Source: Candidatus Woesearchaeota archaeon
GTDB taxonomy: Archaea > Nanobdellota > Nanobdellia > Pacearchaeales > GW2011-AR1
Direction: 5' to 3'
NCBI GenBank assembly: GCA_964514585.1
Contig: CAZETU010000003.1
Location: 1-64,000, forward strand
DNA: 64,000 bases
Shown: one piece after another, positions 26,981-36,603 of the stretch
Layout of the letters: each line of letters starts with the position of its first letter
Position numbering within the stretch: the stretch's first letter is position 1
Position numbers and translations under genes: made by a program
Notes under the pieces: generated by a model
Seen by the model: the letters and a program-made list of their open reading frames with translations, nothing else
Told to the model about the DNA's origin: nothing
The model's database searches: none

Positions 26981-28338
26981 TTGCCTGTGATTTGTTCGTT
27001 AAGAAAGAATACTTTGTTTGATTCTACTTCGTGTATTTTTCCTTCTTTTTCGAAGACTGCTAGTGCTTCTGGTAGTGAGAATTTTCCGACGACTCCAACT
27101 TTTGAGTATACTATGTAACTGAAGATTCTTTCTTCTCCTGGGTTTAGATCGCCTATGTGCCAGTGGATTCTTCTGCTTGCGGCGTCTATTTTGTCGGGCT
27201 TAACTGTTCCAAATTTTTTGTAGATTTTTACTATTCTTGGAACTTTGTCAATTAATGTTACGTTCTCTACATTTTTTGTTGCTTTTAGCGCTAGTTTTAC
27301 TTTAAGTGCAAATTCTCCGTTTTTTGTTTTGACTGGTGAGACAGCTTTTGTGACTTCAACTTTTGTTTCCGAGAATCTTTTGAATCCGATTAGGGCTAGT
27401 ACTGCGACGATTATTATTAGGAACGGTAATATGTAGTTTGTTTTTGCTTTGACAATGTAGACATCTGTTGGTCCGAGATTTTGTTTTATCCAGGTATACT
27501 CGATTGTGAAACCTTTTCTGTCTACTATTGTTGGTTCGGTTTCGAAGTCTGTGAAGAGTCTTGATATAATGTTTCGTTTTAATTCTACTTGGACATTTTC
27601 TAGGACGTTTCCTGAGTTGATTTTTGTTATTGTTTCTGTTCTGATTAGAAATCCTGCTTTGTCTTCGGTGGTTGTTATTCCTTTTCTTTCTCCTAGGTAG
27701 AGGTTCCCGTCAATTCTTCGTTCTCCATTTTCTGTTTCGAATACTGATTTGATTATGTATACCCCCGCTTTTATTTTTTTGAGTTCGTTTTCATCAACTT
27801 CTATTGTGAATTTTCTTTTTTCTTTTGGTCCGAGGTCGAATGTTTCTTTTGTTTCGAATAGGATTGATGAGAATTTTGCTGAGAGATTTTTTAGGTTGAC
27901 TTCTTCTAGGTTTTGGATATAAAATTCTACTTCGCCTGATTCTTGGTCGATGAAGTCTGAGCCTATTTCGATTATGTCTTCAAGATTAACTAAGTTGATT
28001 AAGAATTTTTGGTTGTATTTTTCGACTCCTCGGTGGTTTAGTGTGTAGGAGAATGAGTAGTGTCCTAGGATGTCGAGGTTATCGTTTGGTTTTATTGTGA
28101 ATTTTTTTACGAATGGATCTTTGTCTATTATGAATACTTGTGAAGGTTGAAGGGAGATGTCGGCTAGGGTGTATACGTTGTAGACTCCTTCGGTTGCGTT
28201 TGTGATTGTTAGTTCTAATTCTATTGAGTTACTTAGGTCTCTGACGATTATGTTTGTGTCGTATTCTTCTGCTATTTCTAGTGCTGAGATTTGGTTTAGG
28301 CATAATAGTACGACTAAAAGTAATAGTAATTTTTTCAT
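26977..28338 (-). CDS. Secreted/membrane Ig-like surface protein
   Basis: Signal peptide, beta-rich repeats, internal TM helix, DUF11/CARDB-like C-terminus. Confidence 0.65.
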   Translation of the reverse strand: MKKLLLLLVVLLCLNQISALEIAEEYDTNIIVRDLSNSIELELTITNATEGVYNVYTLADISLQPSQVFIIDKDPFVKKFTIKPNDNLDILGHYSFSYTLNHRGVEKYNQKFLINLVNLEDIIEIGSDFIDQESGEVEFYIQNLEEVNLKNLSAKFSSILFETKETFDLGPKEKRKFTIEVDENELKKIKAGVYIIKSVFETENGERRIDGNLYLGERKGITTTEDKAGFLIRTETITKINSGNVLENVQVELKRNIISRLFTDFETEPTIVDRKGFTIEYTWIKQNLGPTDVYIVKAKTNYILPFLIIIVAVLALIGFKRFSETKVEVTKAVSPVKTKNGEFALKVKLALKATKNVENVTLIDKVPRIVKIYKKFGTVKPDKIDAASRRIHWHIGDLNPGEERIFSYIVYSKVGVVGKFSLPEALAVFEKEGKIHEVESNKVFFLNEQITGN

Positions 28339-28383
28339 GTAGAAATTAGCTATAATTATTTTATAAAGATTATCGTGGTAGAG

Positions 28384-28881
28384 TTAACGTCCGCCGATTT
28401 GTAAGAATGCTTTGACGTCTTCAATCATTTCTTTAACATCTTTTTCTAGGTCACCTTCGTATTCTGTTATTGATTCTCTGATGATATATTTTTCGTAAAT
28501 TGATCTTAAGAATTTCCATCTTGGTTGATCTTCCCATCTTTTTTCATAGTCTCTGATTATTTCTCCTTTGAAATCTATGCCGACTTCACCTTTGTTTGTG
28601 TTAATTTTTTTGCCTTCAACTTCAACTTCGGCATCTTTCATTCCTAGAATGTGCCATTTTAGAGTTATTTTGTATTTGAAGTAGTCTGTTACTTTTTTTG
28701 ATGCTTCCCATTCTAGAACGATCTCTTTTCCGAATCCTGTGATTTTTTCTGTGTAATTTTTTTCTGTTAGCTTGTAATTGTGGTCTTTTAGCCAGTCGAA
28801 GCATAAGTTGTATAGGTCGACGTAGTTCCAGTGTCCTTTCTGTTTGAGTTTTTGTTTGTAGACGTCTTTTTTCTGTGCCAT
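28384..28881 (-). CDS. Hypothetical protein
   Basis: Long ORF with host-like codon bias; no motif assigned. Confidence 0.65.
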   Translation of the reverse strand: MAQKKDVYKQKLKQKGHWNYVDLYNLCFDWLKDHNYKLTEKNYTEKITGFGKEIVLEWEASKKVTDYFKYKITLKWHILGMKDAEVEVEGKKINTNKGEVGIDFKGEIIRDYEKRWEDQPRWKFLRSIYEKYIIRESITEYEGDLEKDVKEMIEDVKAFLQIGGR

Positions 28882-28928
28882 CTTTTTCTAGAGTTATTAG
28901 GGTGCGGGCGTATATAAACTTTATTAAA

Positions 28929-29483
28929 TTATCTCTTGCTGTAGCAGTTGTCGCAGATTAGCTGGCCATCTTCTCGGTATAAAATGTTGTAGTCGCCGCA
29001 TTCTTCGCAGATTCCTTCGTTTCTTTGGGGATTGTCTCTTCGTTTGAGTTTTGCAGTTTCTTCTTTGATCATGATTGTTTCGGCTATCATTTGGAAGAGA
29101 CCTGGATCGATTTTTAGGACGTCTTTGTTTGTTAGGAATCCGATTAGTTTTCCATTTTCAAGAACTGGGAGTCTTCGGAGTTTTTTCTTTCTGAATTTTT
29201 CCATTGCCTCTGTTATGTCGGCGCCCGGTTTGATTGTTACGACTTTTCGTCTCATTAAATCTTTTGCTAGAATATTTGCGAGGTCTTTTTTGGATTTTTT
29301 GACTATTGCCCAGATTATGTCTTTTTCTGTTAGAATGCCTTTTAGTTTATCGTGTTCTTTTATGATTAGGCTTCCGACTCGTTTTTTGACCATGAGTTTG
29401 GCGCACTCTTTGAGGTTAGTTTCTGGTGAAGCAAAAATAAAATTTCTTGTCATCAGGTCTCCAACTTTGATGCCGGTTTCCAT
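28929..29483 (-). CDS. CBS-pair protein with C-terminal Zn ribbon
   Basis: Two CBS motifs (GSLII..GILTEKD, RLPVL..GFLTNKD); CEECG...CDNC. Confidence 0.9.
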   Translation of the reverse strand: METGIKVGDLMTRNFIFASPETNLKECAKLMVKKRVGSLIIKEHDKLKGILTEKDIIWAIVKKSKKDLANILAKDLMRRKVVTIKPGADITEAMEKFRKKKLRRLPVLENGKLIGFLTNKDVLKIDPGLFQMIAETIMIKEETAKLKRRDNPQRNEGICEECGDYNILYREDGQLICDNCYSKR

Positions 29484-29542
29484 GGTTTGTTCAGGTGCAA
29501 ATTCTTTATATAATTATAGGAGTATTGGACGGTGGTGATTGA

Positions 29543-30097
29543 TTAGGAAGATTTGTCGAGCCATTCGTTTAAGGTTTTTGTAAATTCTTGGGTTTCAGCT
29601 TTGTCGATTATTATTCCGTGGTCTTTTTCTTTGAAATTTTCAGCGTCAAGGTATTCTAGTTTCTCTCTTGTTATTTGTTTTGTGCTTTCTTTTCCATCCC
29701 ATGCGCCTGTTACTGGGAAACCTAATCTTTCTAGTTCTGAGTTCCATGTTGGGTCGATGTATGAGATGGAGTATTTGTTTAGTCCTATTCCGACTATGTC
29801 GTGGCTCCAGCGTGTTCCTGATTTTTGTAAGGTGTTTAGGATTTCTTTTGGAATTGGTAGGTCTTTCCAGTCGAAAATTGTTTTGTATTTTTTTACTTCG
29901 AAATTGTTTTGGAGGAGTAGGTTGTGGAGGAGGAGGGATTTGTGGCGGCAGTCGCCTTGTTTTAGGGAGGTTGTGACGGGTTCTTTGCAGGCGTATTTGT
30001 TTGAGTCGAATGGGGTGATTCGGTATGGGATGTTTTGGACGAATCTGAATATTTTGATTAGGAGTTTGTCTTTGGGTATGTCTTTGTCGAATTGCAT
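29543..30097 (-). CDS. Transglutaminase-like cysteine protease fold protein
   Basis: GDCRHK...SHD...IDPTW triad. Confidence 0.7.
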   Translation of the reverse strand: MQFDKDIPKDKLLIKIFRFVQNIPYRITPFDSNKYACKEPVTTSLKQGDCRHKSLLLHNLLLQNNFEVKKYKTIFDWKDLPIPKEILNTLQKSGTRWSHDIVGIGLNKYSISYIDPTWNSELERLGFPVTGAWDGKESTKQITREKLEYLDAENFKEKDHGIIIDKAETQEFTKTLNEWLDKSS

Positions 30098-30217
30098 GGT
30101 TGTTTGAGGTGAGATTTGTATAAAAGGTTTGTGACTTCTAGTACAATAATTTTTGGTGAGAAAGATTTATAATATTTGACCAGGAAGTTATTTAAAGGTT
30201 TTTTATATTTATAATGA

Positions 30218-31273
30218 ATGGAGAGTGATGATTTTCATGAGACGAAGAGTGGTGTAGGTGTTTCAAAATGGATTATAGGGTTAGTAGTGATTGCTGTTGT
30301 TTTGGTGGGAGTTTATTTTTTGTTTTCAAGTAAATTTGCTTTACCTGATGAAACTGTAGATGATACTATGCAGAAAGAAGTTGTTTATAAAAATAAATCA
30401 GAGTGTGTTGCAATTGAGGATGATAGCGAAAGAGATGGATGTTATTTAGAATTTGTTAAAGAGGATATTGAATACTGTAACAATTTATTTTATAGTGATA
30501 ATAAAGATGATTGTATATATGAAGTTGCTTTGAATAATGAAGATAGAGATATATGTAAAAAAATTAAATATTATGGGAAAGTTAATGAGTGTTTGAGTGT
30601 TATTGAAAGGGATAATAAAGATGCGGATGATACTACACAAGATGCGGATGATACTACACAAGAAGAAGTAGAAGTCCCGAGTGAAGAAAAAGATTTTGAA
30701 TTTGGAGTGGCAGCAAAATGCGGTATTGAAAATAGGATTTATGTCGAGGCGAAAAATATTGGTATTGATGTTATTGAAAAAACTGACTGGAGTGTGTCCC
30801 GAGTAGATGGTGTTGATACTAATCCAAAATTTGAAAAGGATGTATCTCCTAGTGCAAATACAGGGTTACTTACATTGGATCATTATTCTAAAGGAGAGCA
30901 TATTATAGAGTTAGGATGGGAAGGTAACGTAAAGGAGAAAGTTGTAAGTTGTGATGAGGATAGTTTTACGAGTGAGATTGTTTCTGGAAGTGGAAAGATG
31001 GTTGATTTACATATGTTTCGTTGTAGGAGTATAAGAGAGCCTGAGGTTGAAACAAAATATGTATATTTTTCGATTTTAAATATTGGCAATGAAGAGGTTA
31101 GTGGTGATAATTTTGTTATGTTTGAAATTGATGGAAAAAATTACTCGCCTTCGGATGTTAATGTGGGTGATTCGAGAACTGTGAGTTGGTCAGGGGAGAA
31201 TACGGATTTTCATGATTTTAGAGTTCAGTTAGAGGGTGGGAATTTAGTGGAATTTACTCATGAATGTAAGTAA
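30218..31273 (+). CDS. Membrane-anchored surface protein with Cys-rich helical repeats
   Basis: N-terminal TM helix, C..I.D...RD.CY repeats, beta-rich C-terminus. Confidence 0.6.
   Translation: MESDDFHETKSGVGVSKWIIGLVVIAVVLVGVYFLFSSKFALPDETVDDTMQKEVVYKNKSECVAIEDDSERDGCYLEFVKEDIEYCNNLFYSDNKDDCIYEVALNNEDRDICKKIKYYGKVNECLSVIERDNKDADDTTQDADDTTQEEVEVPSEEKDFEFGVAAKCGIENRIYVEAKNIGIDVIEKTDWSVSRVDGVDTNPKFEKDVSPSANTGLLTLDHYSKGEHIIELGWEGNVKEKVVSCDEDSFTSEIVSGSGKMVDLHMFRCRSIREPEVETKYVYFSILNIGNEEVSGDNFVMFEIDGKNYSPSDVNVGDSRTVSWSGENTDFHDFRVQLEGGNLVEFTHECK
30620..30661 (+). repeat. In-frame 21-bp tandem duplication
   Basis: GATGCGGATGATACTACACAA x2, encoding DADDTTQ x2. Confidence 0.9.
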
Positions 31274-31348
31274 GGAGTGAATTTATTATTTATATGATAT
31301 AGTTTTGATTACAATAATCCTTATAAGTTGGATTAGGAGTTTTTTATT

Positions 31349-32938
31349 ATGGTTGATAATGTTGTGCCGGAAGAGGGCGGTCGGATTTTGGGTAGAGATG
31401 CTCAGAGGAATAATATTTTGGCGGCGCGGGTTGTTGCTGAGACGGTGAAGACGACTTTGGGGCCGAAGGGGATGGATAAGATGCTTGTGGATCGTGTTGG
31501 GAATATTACTGTTACGAATGATGGAGTGACGATTTTGGATGAGATGGAAATTGAGCATCCGGCGGCGAAGATGATTGTTGAGATTGCTAAGACTCAGGAG
31601 AATGAGGTAGGGGACGGGACGACTACTGCGGTTATGTTGGCTGGGAAATTTTTGGAAAATGCTGAGGGGCTTTTGGATCAGAAGATTCATCCGACGATTA
31701 TTACGAGGGGTTATCGGTGGGCCGAGGAGAAGTCTCAGGAAATTTTGAAGGATTTGGCGATTGAGATTAGTACTGAGGAAGAGTTGATGAAGGTTGCGCA
31801 GACGGCGATGACTGGGAAAGGAGTTGAGTATATGAAGGAGAAGTTTGGTGAGATAATTGTCGAGGCTGTGAAAGTTGTTGCTGAGGGAAGTAGGGTTGAT
31901 TTGGATGATATTAAGATTGAGAAGCAGAAGGGCGGTGCGATTGAGAAGACTGAGTTGGTCAAGGGAATTGTGATTGATAAGGAGAAGTTAAGTTTGGAGA
32001 TGCCAGTTAGGGTTGAGGAGGCGCGTATTGCTTTGATTGAGGAGGCTTTGGAAGTTAAGAGTACGACGACTGATGCTAAGTTTTCGATTTCGTCGCCTGA
32101 TCAATTTACTAGTTTTCTTAGTCAGGAAGATGAGATGTTGAAGGCGAAGGTTGATGCGATTAAGGGGAGTGGGGCGAATGTTTTGTTTGTGCAGAAGGGA
32201 GTTGATGAATTGGTTCAGTATTATTTGGCGAAGGAAGGGATTTATGCTGTCCGAAGAGTTGCTAAGTCTGATATGCAGAGTTTGGCGAAGGCGACTGGCG
32301 GGAAGATTGTTTCGAAGTTGAGCGAGATTAGTGCAGAGGATTTGGGTTATGCTGCGAAGGTCGAAGAAAGGAAGGATGGTGAGGAAGGGATGACTTATGT
32401 TTTGGGGTGTCGGAATCCTAAGGCTTTGACGATTTTGATTCGTGGTGGGACTGAGCATGTTGTTGATGAAGTTGAGCGGGCTATGAAGGATGCTTTGGGT
32501 GATGTTGCTGCGACTTTGAAGGATTCTAAGGTTGTTGCTGGCGGCGGCGCTGTTGAGATTGAGTTGGCTAAGAGGTTGAAGGATTTTGCTCGGACTTTGA
32601 AGGGCCGTGAGAGGTTGGCGGTTGAGGAGTTTGCTTCGGCCATGGAATTTATACCCAGGACTTTGGCTGAGAATGCTGGGATGGATCCGATTGATGTTTT
32701 GACTGAGCTTCGGACTGCTCATGATGCGGGGGGAGATAGGGTTGGTTTGAATTTGTTTTCTGGGCAGGTCGAGGATACGGCGGTTCAGGGGATTATTGAG
32801 CCTTTGAAGGTTAAGACTCAGGCGATTTCTTCGGCTGCTGAGGTTGCTATTATGATTTTGAGGATTGATGATGTTGTTGCGGCCAAGAAAACTCAGGGGA
32901 ATTCTGGGAAGCTGGGGAATATGGCTGGGTATGAGTAA
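31349..32938 (+). CDS. ths: Thermosome subunit (group II chaperonin)
   Basis: [40 protein letters not shown]. Confidence 0.97.
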   Translation: MVDNVVPEEGGRILGRDAQRNNILAARVVAETVKTTLGPKGMDKMLVDRVGNITVTNDGVTILDEMEIEHPAAKMIVEIAKTQENEVGDGTTTAVMLAGKFLENAEGLLDQKIHPTIITRGYRWAEEKSQEILKDLAIEISTEEELMKVAQTAMTGKGVEYMKEKFGEIIVEAVKVVAEGSRVDLDDIKIEKQKGGAIEKTELVKGIVIDKEKLSLEMPVRVEEARIALIEEALEVKSTTTDAKFSISSPDQFTSFLSQEDEMLKAKVDAIKGSGANVLFVQKGVDELVQYYLAKEGIYAVRRVAKSDMQSLAKATGGKIVSKLSEISAEDLGYAAKVEERKDGEEGMTYVLGCRNPKALTILIRGGTEHVVDEVERAMKDALGDVAATLKDSKVVAGGGAVEIELAKRLKDFARTLKGRERLAVEEFASAMEFIPRTLAENAGMDPIDVLTELRTAHDAGGDRVGLNLFSGQVEDTAVQGIIEPLKVKTQAISSAAEVAIMILRIDDVVAAKKTQGNSGKLGNMAGYE

Positions 32939-32941
32939 TAT

Positions 32942-33466
32942 ATGGTAGATATAATTGCTAATTGTGGATTGGAAGGTTATTATATTTATAATGGGGTTAG
33001 GGGGAGGCATTTTGGTGAGGTGGATTTTCTTAGGGATAGCAAGGTAGTTGGAAAAGTTTTGGATAGTAATTCTGATTCGACTGAGAATTTAATTGAAAAA
33101 TTGTTTTTGGGGATTTATTTGGCTGAGGAAAATAGTTTAGCATTTCTTAAAATTTCTCCTAGAATGCGAGATGGGAAGGGTTTACGTCCAGTTTTGTGGT
33201 ATTTGCGTGAGGATAAGTCTCTTTCGAGAGAGAACATTGGTTCTTATGGAGGCGTGTGGGATTTTGCGAGTGGATTGCCAGAGGTAGTTGGTTTTGAGCG
33301 AAGTTTGTTTGAGAATGGAATGCCTGATATTGAAGTTTTAAATCAAATTTCTGTAGAGTTTTTAAGAGGTTCTTATTTTAATCCAGAAATTTTGAATGGG
33401 CTTGAGTCGATGGCAGAAACGATTGGTCAGACGGGTGGTCTTGTGTTGACTGTTTTGGATGAATAA
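32942..33466 (+). CDS. Hypothetical protein
   Basis: Directly follows ths; no motif recognised. Confidence 0.5.
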   Translation: MVDIIANCGLEGYYIYNGVRGRHFGEVDFLRDSKVVGKVLDSNSDSTENLIEKLFLGIYLAEENSLAFLKISPRMRDGKGLRPVLWYLREDKSLSRENIGSYGGVWDFASGLPEVVGFERSLFENGMPDIEVLNQISVEFLRGSYFNPEILNGLESMAETIGQTGGLVLTVLDE

Positions 33467-33475
33467 TTTTAAATA

Positions 33476-33799
33476 GTGAGGAAATTTGGAGCTGAGATGG
33501 CGAAAGAATTCAATTTAACTGTGATTGATCTTATGAGGGATGTTAGTGAAGAGGATACTGTTCCTGTTCCTGGTTGGGGTAATGGTAGGAGTAGGGGACT
33601 TGTAACTCATGTTTATGATGGTCATGTGAGAGCATTAAGTAGAGGTCCTTGTGGGCATATTTTTAACACGGACTATGGGCTTGTTCCGGAGCTACATCTG
33701 GGTGGACGTGCTTTGACTCCTGTGATAGCAAGGCTTGTTACTCCAACTTGTGGGAAGCATGGTGAGTATAATGCGAGGCTTGAAGAAAGAGGTTTGTAA
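33476..33799 (+). CDS. Hypothetical protein
   Basis: GTG start, co-directional with the preceding genes; no motif recognised. Confidence 0.4.
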   Translation: MRKFGAEMAKEFNLTVIDLMRDVSEEDTVPVPGWGNGRSRGLVTHVYDGHVRALSRGPCGHIFNTDYGLVPELHLGGRALTPVIARLVTPTCGKHGEYNARLEERGL

Positions 33800-33816
33800 G
33801 CGCGGAGAAATGGACG

Positions 33817-34506
33817 TTAGATTTTTATTTTTCTAATAATCTTACTTTTTACGAATTTTCCTTTTTCGTTGAGGTGTTGCTCTATTTCTAGAAGTGTGAA
33901 GTGGTTTTGTTTTGCGATTTCGAAATGTTCTTTTGCGGCCGTTAGGTTGTTTTTTTGTTTATAATATTCTTTTTCTGTTATCCAGAAATTTTCGCCTTTT
34001 GATGTCGATGGGGTTAGGTCGCCTTGGAGATTATCTATGAGAAAAACGTTTAGTATGTGATGCAGGAATAGTTTATTTTGTTTGAAGGTTTTTGTATCTA
34101 TGATTCCTTTGAAGTGAAGGTCCCCTTCCATTCCGGTGTCTTTTTTTAGTTTCTTTTTAGCTGTCTCGAAAATACTTTCGCCTTTTCTTATTCTTGCTCC
34201 AATTGGGATGTTGATGCTGAGAAGTGGGCGTTTCGTTCTTTTTTGTATTACAAATTTCCCGTTTCTAAATGGTAAAAGGAAGACGTCTTGAATTGGTTGT
34301 TTGAGAGAACCTTTGTCTTCAAGATAGCAAAGCTTTTCTTCTCCTTTGTCTGTCATGAAATAGAAGTCATCTTTTTTTTCTAAAAGTTTTTCTGAAATTA
34401 GTTTTTTAAGATGGTAGGAGAGTTTGTTTGAGGGCATTTCTTTTTTTAGGTTGTTGAATTTTAATTTTTCATAACGACTGAATCGCTTTAGAATTTTGTC
34501 TTCCAT
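33817..34506 (-). CDS. wHTH plus degenerate NUDIX-domain protein
   Basis: SNKLSYHLKKL wHTH; IGARIRKGESIFETAKKKLKKDTG NUDIX-like box. Confidence 0.7.
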   Translation of the reverse strand: MEDKILKRFSRYEKLKFNNLKKEMPSNKLSYHLKKLISEKLLEKKDDFYFMTDKGEEKLCYLEDKGSLKQPIQDVFLLPFRNGKFVIQKRTKRPLLSINIPIGARIRKGESIFETAKKKLKKDTGMEGDLHFKGIIDTKTFKQNKLFLHHILNVFLIDNLQGDLTPSTSKGENFWITEKEYYKQKNNLTAAKEHFEIAKQNHFTLLEIEQHLNEKGKFVKSKIIRKIKI

Positions 34507-34593
34507 GATTGTTCTATGCCGTTGTTATATTTAAATGTGTAAGTCAAATCTCTTGACTTTGATGGCTTGGGTGGTTAATTATTTAAATCGGGT

Positions 34594-35757
34594 TTGCTGT
34601 GCTGTTCTATGAGGTGGATAATTATTATTGCGATTGTTGTGTGTGTGAGCTATGTTCTTTTTGCCGCTTTCTTTTTTGTTTTTGGTGGTGATGATGAGAT
34701 TTTGGAGAATTTGACAAAGGAGTTGGATGATAATACTGTTGGTGAGGTTGTTAATGTTATAGAACTTGAAGAGGGGGCCGGTGTTTCTAATAAGACGTTT
34801 GTTAGTGATGGGGCCCTTTCTTTTAGGGAACTTAGTTTGGATTTGAAATCGAAGTCTGAGGAAATTTCACTTTCTACTTCTGATAGGAGGCTTAATAGGG
34901 ATGAGTCGGTTGTTGATGTTTTTGGTCGTTATGCAACTAGTCAGAATTTGCCTATTTTTTTAGGTAGAGATATTAATGAAACTTTGGATTATGTTCAGAC
35001 GTTAAGATTTCCGGATACTTTTCTTTTTAATCGGTTTTCTAATGATGATCATTTAGATGGGAATCGTACTTATGGGGTTGATTTTTTGAATAATGAAGTA
35101 ATTTTCGATTATTCTATTGATTTTGGAGAGGATTATTCTTGGGATGATATAGTTGGGAAAACTGTTTTTCTTTTTGGGAGGTCGCATTATGTAGTCTCGA
35201 GTGATTTTAATTCTAATAGTATTGATTTTTTTGAGTTTCCTTATTCTTTTGATGTTTATAAAAATGAAACTGTGGGCTTAAGTTCGCCGTTTTTTAATCA
35301 GACGAATTTTTCTATTGATTTGATTACTGGCGGTAAAGTTGTTTTGAAGGTGAATGGTGAAAGGATTAAGGATCTTCAGGAAGGGCAAATTTATCGTGGG
35401 GATAATTTTGTTTTTTATCTTGATAAGATTATTTTTTCTAGTGCTGAAGATGATCGTGTAAAAATTGTGATTGCGCCTGAAGAGGTTTTCTTTAAGGGCT
35501 TGGCTCTTGGGCGTGGTTTGGAATTTCTTGAGGGTTTTGATATTTTTTATTCTTCTGAAGACGAGGAGGAGCTGGGAGAGATAACGATTTCTTGGAGTGT
35601 TATTGAGCCTTCTTTCTTGACTTCGAAAGTAAGTTTAATGATGCCCTCTTTTGAGAATGTGGAATTTTCGATGAGTGGACGAAAGACATGGGGTGCTGAA
35701 GAATATTATGAGATTTATTTGAAGGCTGAGACTTATGAAATAATTGAGTCAAATTAG
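34594..35757 (+). CDS. S-layer-like surface protein
   Basis: N-terminal TM helix; acidic beta-rich domain. Confidence 0.5.
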   Translation: MLCCSMRWIIIIAIVVCVSYVLFAAFFFVFGGDDEILENLTKELDDNTVGEVVNVIELEEGAGVSNKTFVSDGALSFRELSLDLKSKSEEISLSTSDRRLNRDESVVDVFGRYATSQNLPIFLGRDINETLDYVQTLRFPDTFLFNRFSNDDHLDGNRTYGVDFLNNEVIFDYSIDFGEDYSWDDIVGKTVFLFGRSHYVVSSDFNSNSIDFFEFPYSFDVYKNETVGLSSPFFNQTNFSIDLITGGKVVLKVNGERIKDLQEGQIYRGDNFVFYLDKIIFSSAEDDRVKIVIAPEEVFFKGLALGRGLEFLEGFDIFYSSEDEEELGEITISWSVIEPSFLTSKVSLMMPSFENVEFSMSGRKTWGAEEYYEIYLKAETYEIIESN

Positions 35758-36533
35758 TTCTTAGTTCTTTTTATTTTTTTCTCAATTAAAAGTAGAACTC
35801 CTAGACCGAATACTGCTACGATAAAAACTAGTACGATGTATGATTTGTCTGATACAATTAGGGCTTCGTCTAATGAGTCTGGGTCAATTGGGGCGCCTAA
35901 GAATCCTGTTATTTGCATGTCGTCACTCATTGCACCTACTACGTTTCCTGTTCCTACGCTTGTTAGTTGAACATTTTTCTTTGTAAATGTGTTTACACCG
36001 TCGGTGATTTCAATGTTGTAACTTCCTTCTGGAGCAATTAGAACCCATTTTTTCTCTCCGTTGATTGGAATATTTTGTGTGTAGGATTCTGTTTGATCGC
36101 CTATTTTGATTTTTACAGTTCTCGTGTATCTTACGTTTCCTTTATTTTTTATTATTAATTTGCCGTTTTCAATTGAGAATTCTACTTCGGAGTTCTCTTT
36201 GATTATGAAAGGTCTTGTTACCTTTTTTTCTTCGAAGTTTGCTTTGATGTGCCATCCGAGGCTTGAGAAGTTTTCTTCGACTTTTAGAGTGTTGTCTTGA
36301 TTTGATTTTACAGTTTGTTTTATTTCCATTGTTTCAAGGTCGTCGGAGAATGTGACTTGGATGTCTTGTCCTGTTGGTTGTCCGTTTTCTAGTAATAGAA
36401 TTTTGTATGAGATTTCTTCACCGACGGAGTATGAATCTTTTAGTCCTGAGATGTCTATTGAGTAGTCGGCTGATACGAGAGCTATTGATGCTAGTAGAAT
36501 GCAGATTGTTGTTAGAGTTTTCCAATTTTTCAT
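35754..36533 (-). CDS. Secreted Ig-like protein with C-terminal membrane anchor
   Basis: Signal peptide ending in VSA; C-terminal TM helix plus basic tail. Confidence 0.65.
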   Translation of the reverse strand: MKNWKTLTTICILLASIALVSADYSIDISGLKDSYSVGEEISYKILLLENGQPTGQDIQVTFSDDLETMEIKQTVKSNQDNTLKVEENFSSLGWHIKANFEEKKVTRPFIIKENSEVEFSIENGKLIIKNKGNVRYTRTVKIKIGDQTESYTQNIPINGEKKWVLIAPEGSYNIEITDGVNTFTKKNVQLTSVGTGNVVGAMSDDMQITGFLGAPIDPDSLDEALIVSDKSYIVLVFIVAVFGLGVLLLIEKKIKRTKN

Positions 36534-36603
36534 AAGTGAGTTAGGGCTGGATTATATTTAAACTTTTGGAATTTCGGAAAAAATTTAAATAGTGTATTAG
36601 GTA

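Noticed and set aside
30620-30661. 21-bp tandem repeat as a functional array
   Set aside because: Only two in-frame copies within a low-complexity linker
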